Positions 55,108-64,000 of a stretch of 64,000 bases of DNA are shown here, one piece after another. The stretch comes from a virus. The notes beneath the pieces are model-generated. The model had not been told where the DNA came from and ran no database searches. It saw only the letters and a program-made list of their open reading frames with translations. Both the position numbers and the translations under genes were made by a program. The DNA lies in IMG/VR virus record IMGVR_UViG_3300050025_000126, positions 1 to 64,000 of that record, one strand, 5' to 3'. Within the stretch, counting starts at the first letter, position 1. Each line of letters begins with the position of its first letter.

Positions 55108-58100
55108 ATGAGTATTTCGTCGACACCAACGCCCCAGTCGTATCAGCAAATTTTAGGTGCTCAGCTTAACACTGTGCGTAGTAGACTTGGGTTAAGGAAA
55201 TTCAAACCAGGTGGCCAATTCCTCACGATTTTCGAGGCTTCTGCCCAAAGTGACGCCCGTATTTCCGCCGACGTTTTCAAAGGTTTACTATCACAGGACC
55301 TGGATGCGTCAGAAGGCATTGTTCTAGACCGTATTGGTAATAGCGAAGGTGTGCCACGACGCAGCAAGAAAGCTTCTCAGGGTCAGATTACAGTTACCGA
55401 CCCATCGTTTCAAAAAGTTTCGTCTACTGTATATCATGGTAAGCCAGCTCCTATCGTTGGCTCAGTGTCGGTATATGTAAGCAAAGGTAGTACGTTTGAT
55501 TTAGCCCCTCCCACAGGTCAAGTTTACCTAGGCCGAGGAACAGTTAATTACGAAGGGCCTCTAAGCTATTCAGCTAAAACAGATTCTGGATCTTGCTGGA
55601 CTCTGACCCTTTCGTCAACTACTAAATTCCACAACCAAGGCGAATCTGTAATCTTAGCTCAGGGCGGCAATAGGCCTATCCAAATTGGTCAAATCGTTTC
55701 AACTACCCAAGGCGCCTCGACTGCCCCCGTCACCTTTACAACTGCCCAAGCCGCCGCTGTAGCCGATGGTGAAGTACAAATAGACCTAGTCCCTATTACT
55801 TGTACGGTCGATGGCATTGCCGGTAACCTAGCTCCTAATAGCATCGTCTCGTTTGGCGACTCTCCTCCATTTACAAACGCAACAGTTACCAACCCCAAGG
55901 CTATTAGCTTCGGTAGAGATGTAGAACAAGACAACGATTACAGAGATAGAATTAGGCAGGCAAGAGCTGACAAGCAAAGAGGGACAGCTACCGCCATTAA
56001 AGGCGCCGTTATTGATATAACTACCTCCGATGAAACCTCTTCTGTTCTTTCAGCTAATGTAGTCAAACGCAAAGACAAGCCTACCGTTCTATATATTGAT
56101 GATGGTAATGGATATGAAGAAAAGTCTGATGGTGTAGGTTATGAAACCGTTGTAGACCAAGCTGCTGGTGGAGAGACAGATTTTCTATCTATTATGTCTC
56201 CTATTGCTCAGGCCTATGTAGAAGCAACTAACCAAGCTCCTTATACAATTCTAGACGGAACAACTCTTACAATTAGAGTTGGTGGAGTAAGTTCTACCCA
56301 CTACTTTGATTCAGCTACTTTTACTTCACCTCTATCTGCGTCATCTTTTGATGTGGTGTCGTCTGTAAATGCTAATTCAAGCCTTCTATTCCAGGCTAGA
56401 CTTGCTCAAAACACAGCTTCAGTTGCTTTCTACGCAAAGTCAGAAACCAATGATGACCTACAGGTTATTCTGGCTCCAGACCCTACTATGGATGCGGCAG
56501 TTGTATTGGGATTAAGTACCGCTCCAGTCTACACTACTTCTCTGTATAGAAACGACGTTCTTCTTTCTAAGGATGGTCTTTTAGCTCAAGTCGTATCGAA
56601 TCCTTTCTCTACTTGGTCGCCTTTGTTTACTTCTGAAACCCTTATCGTAAACACTGACGCAACAGGTAATATCACCGTTACAATTAATGACACGGATTTT
56701 CAAAACCTTGGATACCCAGCCCTAAGCAACGCCGACCCTAAGACTTGGGCTGACGTATTGTCCCATAAAATCCCAGGCGTAACCGCTACAGACGAAATCG
56801 ACAAAGTAATCCTTACCTCTAACAAAGGCCGCTCTTCGTTAGCGTCTGTTTCTATTATAGGAGGTACTCTTGTAACCAAGGGCGTATTTGCTCCTTCTTC
56901 TAGTTTTGGTGTTTCTAACGACTATAGCGTAGACCGTTCAGTCGGAGCGATTGCTATAAACACATCTTTGATTCAGGACGACCTTTTAAGCCTTGGTACT
57001 CAATGGTCAGAAGCCTTTATTGAAACCGACTTCGGCTATAACTTTATCGACCTTACCTCTGACGCTTCTTATTATCTAATTGTTGACGATAATACCTCCG
57101 AGATAATCCCAACCAGTATGTTTAGAGCCGGTCTCTTTACGGCACAGCGTTTTGAAAGTTCTCCCCTCTTTACCTCTTTTGATATTTGTGATGGAACTGC
57201 TCCTGGCCCTATTCTTCCAGATATTACAGTTCCTGGCGCAGCTGATGGTGATTGGGTTTTGTTGACTGACCCTGCTTTTGATCCTACTTGGAAAGGTGTT
57301 TACAGGAACAGCGCAGACAACCTAATTAGAATTATCAAAGACGCAGATACAGCTACTAGAATTGGTCATACTTCTACAGCTCTGGATGGCACTGCTTCTC
57401 TGTTTGTGTTAATTTGCGGCGGGTTAACTACTATTCAAAGCGGCGTTGGTTTGCCTGGGGCCATTAAGGGACGTGGCGTCACGGGGAATTGTCGTCTATA
57501 TGATGCTAATTTAGGTGCGTGGATTCAACTACCCGATTTGATTACTCCTAGAGCTTACCACACCGCAACTCTTTTGCCAAGTGGTAAGGTGTGGATTACT
57601 GGCGGATTTGACGCATCTGGCAATCCGTTGGCGTCAACCGAAACTTTCGACCCAACCACAAGAACCTTTACTGCTGGGCCTCCTCTTCCTATTAGCTCTG
57701 TAGACCTTACTCCTCAACCCAGAGTCCACCATACGGCGACCTTGTTGACAAATGGTCAGGTGGTTGTTGTAGGTGGATGTAAGACAACCGCTTTGGGTGA
57801 CTCAGCCCTAAACACAAGCGTTCAATACGAACCAATCACAGGAACCTATCTCCACGACGGCACCCTCCATGTCGCTAGATATGGGCACCAGGCTCTATTA
57901 GACGTCACCCAAGACCTTGTTATTGTTTTTGGGGGTGTCTCTACCATTGCAGCCCCTGCCACGCCTATAACGAGCGTAGAGAGCTATACAGACACTGTCT
58001 CCACTTGGTTTAATAGAGTCCCCATGACCAGTGGCAGGGCGTTCTTTGGTGCTGAAAAGATTCTTGGGGGAGCTAATAGTAAAATCGTTGTAGCCGGTGG

Positions 58101-61100
58101 CTCGCTGCATCTATTTTCAGACAACTCTGTAACCACTACGGCAGCTACAGGTACGTATCAAACCTATACTCCTGCTACCGACAGCTGGACTACAGAAAGC
58201 AATATCAACACAAACGTTCCTACTATAACTATAAATTTTGCTCAAAGCGACCTGGTAAGAACTTATACAACAAATACCGTTATCTTAGGCGGACTTGCTA
58301 GCCAGCTTCTAAAATACAACAATTCAACGGACGCTTGGGACGCTTTAAGTGCCGACCCAGGTATCAGCCTTTATATTGTCAGTAGGGAAGGGTTTACAGC
58401 ATCAGCCCCTATAAGTGGTGGTCCTAAGGGCGATAACTGTGCCTGGTTTGGTGGAGCTATTCCAAACTCGACTTCAGAACAGAGCTTCCAAGGCATCGCT
58501 AACGTAGACTTTTTGGATACGGTGGTAAACCTAAGAAACCATCCATATCCTGTGTTTGCTTCTCTAGCTCTAACAAATGGTCGAGTTACCGTTGTAAGAA
58601 GCGAAACTCCTCCAGATGTAATTACTGTGCCTGCTAATGGTGGAACTTTCTATACAGCAGATTCCTTTGCTCCAGCCATTAACTTAATCGCTCAAAACGA
58701 AGTAGCAAAAGTAAAAGACACTACCAAGGTAAGGCTGTCAACTCTATCTACCGACGGGTCTATTTCTATTGTTGACCAAGACACGACCCTACCTGTATTC
58801 GCACCTAAGAAGACAGTTGTAAGTCAAAGGTCCCAGCACGCTATCGTTGTTTCTGGTAGCGATATCTCTGTTCCTTCTGGATTCCAACTACGCACTGTTT
58901 CATCTAAGACGGCCAACTCAACCGGGTTACCTCAATCCGTCATTCTTCCAGACTATGGCCCTGAATTAGACTTAGGACACATCCCAGAACCGCTAAATAT
59001 TAACGGTAAGGTTGTAGGACTAAAAAATATTCCGTTTGGTGGTCCGCCAGTAATTTCCAGATCAACCGATTTTGGCTTTGGCGACGCTAAAGGTGTTACT
59101 TCGCTTATTGGTAGTTTTAGCAGCCCAGGAGTTTTTGAAGAGACCTCAACCTCTACAGTTTCTTCTTTGGGTTCTTACCTTGGTCTTCGGTCTGCTTTGC
59201 CTGTGACCGTTGGTAACCCCGTTTATGTAGCAGAGCCTTTCAAGTTCTCAGTGTCTGACTTTCTGGACATAACCGTTGATGGAGACAGCTCTACAAAGCG
59301 ATTCTCTGTTCCTATGGCTAGAAAGATGACTACTGTTGGTAGCTATCAATCTCCCCTAACGCTTAAAGACGCCGACAATTCTAATTCTACGATTGCCACT
59401 GCCTTTGGGACTGACTATAGCTTTGACGACTTTGCTATTCTTTCAAGGGCTAGGGTAATTTCAGACCCAGCTGATGTTAGCAAGCGGGCCTTGTGGCGAT
59501 ATTACCGATACGGTGAAGAGGGCAACTATGCCTCTGTAAGGTACGTTTGGCCAACAGGACCCAACCAACCTATATCCGTGTCTGCTAGTTCTGTTCAAAA
59601 GCCCTCGGACTTTTCTTATTATAAAGGCCTCCCCAAGGCAACTACCGATATCAATATTGGAAGCGGAGCATTGCGCAAAAACCGTAATATTTCTCTTAAT
59701 ACCAGAATTGGTGTAGGTAAAGGTAGCGTAATCCTTACAAGCAACAACATTTGGACAGTTACATTACAAGTAGGCTTCACAGTTGTTAATGCTAGTCGAC
59801 TTGTTCTCAATGGAGACACAACCCTTAATATTACCACTCTGTTTGGTCCAGGTCTACCCGGCCCAGGTCTAAATCCTGGCGATGTTTTATGGTTTGAGGG
59901 AAGTTCTCCGGCTTCTTCTACTTTGCAAACCGGGCAGTTTGTAATTAAAACCATCGCTCCAGCAGGGCCTCCGGGGGCATGGACAATCACTATCAACTCC
60001 ATGATGTTGAATGATGGTACGATTTGGCCTCTTACAGCCAATCCCGGTACGATTAGCACAGACCCAAATCAAAAAGCTAAGTTTGACGATGAAGTTCTTG
60101 TAGGAGATTTGATCTCCTTTAATGATCCTACTGGCAATCTGACAAGTGAAGTTATGGCTATTTCGGTTATTGACCCAAATCGTCAATACATTGAATGTAA
60201 CGCCGTAAACTTCAACCCAACTCCTGTAAGCACATTAGCTTACGGAACGATGCCCAAGCTAACCGACCTACAAATCTTTGCTCCAGCTTCAAATACAATT
60301 ACTTCTGTCGTAGCTGCCGTTAACGCCAATCCTAATAGCCCCATCCAAGGAACTGTGACGGGTACGGGCGCAGGCATTATCAATACCGCTAGTTGGGTTT
60401 CTGGTTCCAACGCAGATTTTAGGTACAATCTAAGCGACGGTATCAATTACGTAGCAAACACCAACAAGCCCGCTAACCCAACCATCCAAACCACGTTCTA
60501 CCTTAAGTTGCCGGTAACAGGTTCCTTAACAACAAACAACGATTTCGCAAATGAAACGTTTTACGTCATTCCTCAATTAGCTTCATCGGTTGTTAAGTGG
60601 CTAAACACTCCACCCGTAACGGGTTTGTGGTCAGTTGCGTCAATAACTACTTGCGCGGATGGTAGCAAGGTCCAAATTAAATCCAACACTGCCGGAAGCG
60701 CCGGGTCAATTCTTGTTGAAGGCGGCACTGCAAATCTAAAAACTGCCGCAGTAATCGGTCAGGCCACAGAAAGTCAATTTAACAGCAACCTAACCAGCGG
60801 CTTAGTCATTACCACCACAGCCGCTGAAGCTGAAGGGTTTTGCGGCAACTCTTGGGTAGAGCTTAATAATACCGAAAGACTTCCCAAGCTAGTCGATACT
60901 TCTCCTAATTGGTCTGGAAATACAATTACGTCGATTTCTCCTGGTGGTCTAATCACATTTTCAGCTCCTCCCTATTACCTTTCTGATCTTGGAAGTGGCT
61001 CGCCGGTATTCTTCACTGTAGAAAAAGTAGGCAAATACGTAACTATAAACCTCCTTAAGTCATTCTGCGATATTTCTCTATTTCACGCCCCTACAGACTG

Positions 61101-62049
61101 GATATGGTTACAGGATTCAATTATATCGGGTATCTTCAAAATCCTTAGAGTTTCTCAGACCGAATCGGCCTATACATATTGGATTGATTATCCAGAAGCA
61201 ATTGAATCCACAGCTGGTCATAGCCTAGTCCATACGATTTCTGGATATAGCCCTATCCCAGGCGATACACTATCTATTAATAGCAACGTTTTTGGTGAAG
61301 CAAATCGTGGTAGTTGGATTGTTACTAACGTAGGCAATGGGTACACGGACAATACTCTAAAGGTGTCTGTGGTTGACAAACCTCTTGTTGCCTTTTCGGG
61401 TAGTGTATCTACAAAAGTAAAAGATGTCTCTGTTGTAGAAAAACTTCCTTTGACAGCAATCAAGAAATTGTTGTCCGTATCGCCAAATTCTGCGAACACA
61501 GAAAACGCAGACCTTCTCTTGGACGATGCGTCAAACATTGAAAGCTGGAGCCAATCTGCTGGCACCGTGTTGACATCTCTAAGCAAGCTGTCCTTCCCAA
61601 ATACAATTCAAGTGGGCAATGATGCCTATCGTTTCAATACCGGTCTAATCGCAGAGTCAAAGCGCGTCATTTACGGAGACAGCGCAGACGTTGATAACTA
61701 CCCAGGTTACGTATCAGATGGAGCAAGAGTCCTAATTCAAGGTCCAACTATCAAGCAAATAAAGCTAATTCTTCAGGTAAGACTCCAAAGCAACGATATT
61801 ACATCTGCTGATATCGTAGGGTCTATAAAGTCTGCTGTAGCTGGAGTCGTAAATTCTTCCCCTGTTGGATTCCCGATTGCTATTTCAGACATCGTCTCAG
61901 CTGCACAAGCCATTAGCGGCGTTATTGCCGTTAGCGTGGTTTCTCCCGCTTACAGCTCTGTGCAAGACCAGATTCCAGTAAGAGGTCAAGAAAAGGCTAT
62001 GGTTGTTGACCTTGATAATGATATCAAAATCCTAATCGTAGGTAACTAA
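55108..62049 (+). CDS. giant baseplate wedge (J-like) protein with inserted Kelch propeller
   Basis: N-term LDRIG…GIAGN…GRDVEQDNDYRDRI; C-term NSSPVGFPIAISDIV…ISGV; central RxxHTATLL..G.V.I.GG Kelch repeats. Confidence 0.8.
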   Translation: MSISSTPTPQSYQQILGAQLNTVRSRLGLRKFKPGGQFLTIFEASAQSDARISADVFKGLLSQDLDASEGIVLDRIGNSEGVPRRSKKASQGQITVTDPSFQKVSSTVYHGKPAPIVGSVSVYVSKGSTFDLAPPTGQVYLGRGTVNYEGPLSYSAKTDSGSCWTLTLSSTTKFHNQGESVILAQGGNRPIQIGQIVSTTQGASTAPVTFTTAQAAAVADGEVQIDLVPITCTVDGIAGNLAPNSIVSFGDSPPFTNATVTNPKAISFGRDVEQDNDYRDRIRQARADKQRGTATAIKGAVIDITTSDETSSVLSANVVKRKDKPTVLYIDDGNGYEEKSDGVGYETVVDQAAGGETDFLSIMSPIAQAYVEATNQAPYTILDGTTLTIRVGGVSSTHYFDSATFTSPLSASSFDVVSSVNANSSLLFQARLAQNTASVAFYAKSETNDDLQVILAPDPTMDAAVVLGLSTAPVYTTSLYRNDVLLSKDGLLAQVVSNPFSTWSPLFTSETLIVNTDATGNITVTINDTDFQNLGYPALSNADPKTWADVLSHKIPGVTATDEIDKVILTSNKGRSSLASVSIIGGTLVTKGVFAPSSSFGVSNDYSVDRSVGAIAINTSLIQDDLLSLGTQWSEAFIETDFGYNFIDLTSDASYYLIVDDNTSEIIPTSMFRAGLFTAQRFESSPLFTSFDICDGTAPGPILPDITVPGAADGDWVLLTDPAFDPTWKGVYRNSADNLIRIIKDADTATRIGHTSTALDGTASLFVLICGGLTTIQSGVGLPGAIKGRGVTGNCRLYDANLGAWIQLPDLITPRAYHTATLLPSGKVWITGGFDASGNPLASTETFDPTTRTFTAGPPLPISSVDLTPQPRVHHTATLLTNGQVVVVGGCKTTALGDSALNTSVQYEPITGTYLHDGTLHVARYGHQALLDVTQDLVIVFGGVSTIAAPATPITSVESYTDTVSTWFNRVPMTSGRAFFGAEKILGGANSKIVVAGGSLHLFSDNSVTTTAATGTYQTYTPATDSWTTESNINTNVPTITINFAQSDLVRTYTTNTVILGGLASQLLKYNNSTDAWDALSADPGISLYIVSREGFTASAPISGGPKGDNCAWFGGAIPNSTSEQSFQGIANVDFLDTVVNLRNHPYPVFASLALTNGRVTVVRSETPPDVITVPANGGTFYTADSFAPAINLIAQNEVAKVKDTTKVRLSTLSTDGSISIVDQDTTLPVFAPKKTVVSQRSQHAIVVSGSDISVPSGFQLRTVSSKTANSTGLPQSVILPDYGPELDLGHIPEPLNINGKVVGLKNIPFGGPPVISRSTDFGFGDAKGVTSLIGSFSSPGVFEETSTSTVSSLGSYLGLRSALPVTVGNPVYVAEPFKFSVSDFLDITVDGDSSTKRFSVPMARKMTTVGSYQSPLTLKDADNSNSTIATAFGTDYSFDDFAILSRARVISDPADVSKRALWRYYRYGEEGNYASVRYVWPTGPNQPISVSASSVQKPSDFSYYKGLPKATTDINIGSGALRKNRNISLNTRIGVGKGSVILTSNNIWTVTLQVGFTVVNASRLVLNGDTTLNITTLFGPGLPGPGLNPGDVLWFEGSSPASSTLQTGQFVIKTIAPAGPPGAWTITINSMMLNDGTIWPLTANPGTISTDPNQKAKFDDEVLVGDLISFNDPTGNLTSEVMAISVIDPNRQYIECNAVNFNPTPVSTLAYGTMPKLTDLQIFAPASNTITSVVAAVNANPNSPIQGTVTGTGAGIINTASWVSGSNADFRYNLSDGINYVANTNKPANPTIQTTFYLKLPVTGSLTTNNDFANETFYVIPQLASSVVKWLNTPPVTGLWSVASITTCADGSKVQIKSNTAGSAGSILVEGGTANLKTAAVIGQATESQFNSNLTSGLVITTTAAEAEGFCGNSWVELNNTERLPKLVDTSPNWSGNTITSISPGGLITFSAPPYYLSDLGSGSPVFFTVEKVGKYVTINLLKSFCDISLFHAPTDWIWLQDSIISGIFKILRVSQTESAYTYWIDYPEAIESTAGHSLVHTISGYSPIPGDTLSINSNVFGEANRGSWIVTNVGNGYTDNTLKVSVVDKPLVAFSGSVSTKVKDVSVVEKLPLTAIKKLLSVSPNSANTENADLLLDDASNIESWSQSAGTVLTSLSKLSFPNTIQVGNDAYRFNTGLIAESKRVIYGDSADVDNYPGYVSDGARVLIQGPTIKQIKLILQVRLQSNDITSADIVGSIKSAVAGVVNSSPVGFPIAISDIVSAAQAISGVIAVSVVSPAYSSVQDQIPVRGQEKAMVVDLDNDIKILIVGN

Positions 62050-63329
62050 TGTTAGCTATACAAGATGTAGCAAATAGTAATGGTCCAGCCACCATTGGGA
62101 CAGATTTCTTACTTAGCTCTATTGAACTGGTAGACGATCAAACTCTTTTGGTTTGGTTTACGAGAAATACCACTGGGGCAACCACTACCAGCAACTATAC
62201 TGTGACTGGACCCTCTGCCAGATCTGTAATCTTAGCCCAACAAAATGACCTAAACGGAGCTAGGATATATCTAGATCTACCGCTAACGGTAGGCCAATGG
62301 ACTCTATCCGTAACCTCTATCACATCAAACGACCCAGACGCTTTAACCCTTCCATCAGACACTAAAGTAATTTTCGATTTGGTAGATAAGTCTACTCAAG
62401 ATACTGTAGGCACCAATCTAGTCGAAGCTCCTGTATCAAAATTCATCCCCAAGGAGTTTAGGAACAAGAAGGTAGTAGGAGCTATCATCGCTGGCTTAGA
62501 AACCGGTGACGCTATTGTTAGAGATCAGACCCGCCTAGCTTTTGACCAAAGCTTCTTGTCTACGGCTAGCGGCAAATATCTAAACACCAAGGCAAGTGAT
62601 AGAGGCGTTCCTAAGCCGACGAAACTAGGATTGTCTGACACACAATTCAGAAAACTAGCAATAGATATAACAAACAGTAAATTGACCAATGCCGCTCTTT
62701 TGTCAGTTTTGGAAACTATGTATGGCGAAGATTCAGTAAGAGCCTATGTAGAGACAGAGATGTCGGGACCTTTCCAATTATTCGACCAAGGATATCTGGA
62801 TTTTTTTGTAGACGGCAAACATTCCTTTAGATTTGTAGCAAATATTTCAGGTTACACAACACCGACAGCCGTAACATCTGTTGAGTTGTGTAATTCTTTG
62901 AACTTTGCTTTTGATAAAAACAGCTTTCCAGCGCATGCAATTATAAAAAGAGAAAAGGTTAGGGTTTACAGTAATACGACAGGCATCCAGTCTAAAATAT
63001 CAATAAAAGGTGGAACACTACAGCCTTACGTCGGATTTGATTTAGATGTTTTTGAAGGAACGGGTTCCTTAAACCAACTTTCCAGTGCTTCCTGGACCCT
63101 TACCAACCCAAGACCAGGGATAGTAAGATTTACGTTGGTAAACCCAGAGCCTGCTCTCCCAGGAGTTCTAGCTTTCGTTACAGAAAAAGACTATGTTACT
63201 GTAATTGGTAGTGAATTCCCACTACCATTAAGGGGTAGCTACAATCTTGTTGCCGTAAACTGGACACAAACCTCTCCAACCGTTTGTGTTCAGTGGTTTG
63301 AGATTGAATCTTCCTATGTGGTAGTCTAA
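62049..63329 (+). CDS. baseplate wedge subunit with N-terminal Ig-like domain
   Basis: FLSTASGKYL…GV…LSDTQFRKL motif; follows J-like gene with TAATG. Confidence 0.65.
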   Translation: MLAIQDVANSNGPATIGTDFLLSSIELVDDQTLLVWFTRNTTGATTTSNYTVTGPSARSVILAQQNDLNGARIYLDLPLTVGQWTLSVTSITSNDPDALTLPSDTKVIFDLVDKSTQDTVGTNLVEAPVSKFIPKEFRNKKVVGAIIAGLETGDAIVRDQTRLAFDQSFLSTASGKYLNTKASDRGVPKPTKLGLSDTQFRKLAIDITNSKLTNAALLSVLETMYGEDSVRAYVETEMSGPFQLFDQGYLDFFVDGKHSFRFVANISGYTTPTAVTSVELCNSLNFAFDKNSFPAHAIIKREKVRVYSNTTGIQSKISIKGGTLQPYVGFDLDVFEGTGSLNQLSSASWTLTNPRPGIVRFTLVNPEPALPGVLAFVTEKDYVTVIGSEFPLPLRGSYNLVAVNWTQTSPTVCVQWFEIESSYVVV

Positions 63330-64000
63330 TGAGCATCAACCAAACCTATTTAAAAGATCTGTGGTTCTGGAACCCTAAGACCAAAAGAATCTTCGATAAC
63401 GATTTGTGGGCCTCTGTAACTCAAATAGACGGCGTAGCCAAGGTTTCTATTCCCGCGACCTCTCAAGCCGTAAACAGAACAAACGGATTTGCAGCATATT
63501 TAAGGTATCCTTTCTATGTAGAGCCAACTATTGCAATTAGCCCCGCGCCAAGTCAGGTAACCAGATCTTCTCAGGCTTATTCTGACGCAGAAGGTAATGT
63601 TCAACCCAGAATCTCTGCTATTTATTCAGCATCTGCGTTAATTGTAACTTCTGATGGCAACCCCTCCCCGGCCCCTGGCTTAGATGTAGGTAGCGTTCTA
63701 TTAGTCGAGGGATCTGTTAATAACGGCCCTAGGGGTTCTACTGCCGCTACTGTCTATCCAGTCGCCCCAGCGGCCTATAAACCTCACGTAGGCGCTTTGG
63801 GACAGGCGGTAGTAGGCCGTTCTACGACTTCTAATACTCAAAACATGTGGTTTGTTGGTGGGAACGCTAGCTTTGGCTCAGCGTCTTTATATTCTCCTAA
63901 AACAGGCGTTGATTTTGTCCAAGTTACCTTGAATGACGATAGCTCCTTGACGGTTACAGATAGCCTAGTTGGTACCGTAAATAACCTATTCCCGTCTTGT
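63329..64000 (+). CDS. virion/baseplate protein (3'-truncated by window edge)
   Basis: TAATG start; frame MSINQTYLKDLWFWNP… open to base 64000. Confidence 0.65.
   Translation, partial: MSINQTYLKDLWFWNPKTKRIFDNDLWASVTQIDGVAKVSIPATSQAVNRTNGFAAYLRYPFYVEPTIAISPAPSQVTRSSQAYSDAEGNVQPRISAIYSASALIVTSDGNPSPAPGLDVGSVLLVEGSVNNGPRGSTAATVYPVAPAAYKPHVGALGQAVVGRSTTSNTQNMWFVGGNASFGSASLYSPKTGVDFVQVTLNDDSSLTVTDSLVGTVNNLFPSC

Overview
This is 64 kb of a large myovirus-type (contractile-tail, probably jumbo) bacteriophage genome. Virion genes lie on the + strand: tail chaperones, tape measure, hub, spike, fibre, sheath, tube, a giant baseplate wedge, neck and head-associated proteins, and a lysis-like cluster. 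They are not one operon. They are split into short blocks, each preceded by a conserved (C/T)AATCTT motif (inferred late promoter, often 6-7 nt before a leaderless start). Between the blocks sit minus-strand accessory cassettes driven by sigma70-type TTGAC-N16/17-TAnnnT promoters. At nine junctions the two promoters are fused back-to-back, six of them as the identical 15-mer GTCAACAACAATCTT. Nine dispersed minus-strand genes are built from about 25 copies of one uncharacterised ~45-aa module (Yx(x)LxxG[ED]x4GD[EQ]...W...[VI]G...[YF]RRK) that appears to be shuffled between genes. Other highlights are a late polyprotein with an N-terminal mCpol-like nucleotide cyclase domain, a packed array of five aberrant tRNA-like/structured RNAs, a small gene flanked by inverted repeats, RNA-repair-type enzymes, an ATP-dependent DNA ligase, an adenine methylase and several HNH/EndoVII endonucleases. 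All calls come from motif reading by eye; no database search was run and the host cannot be determined.
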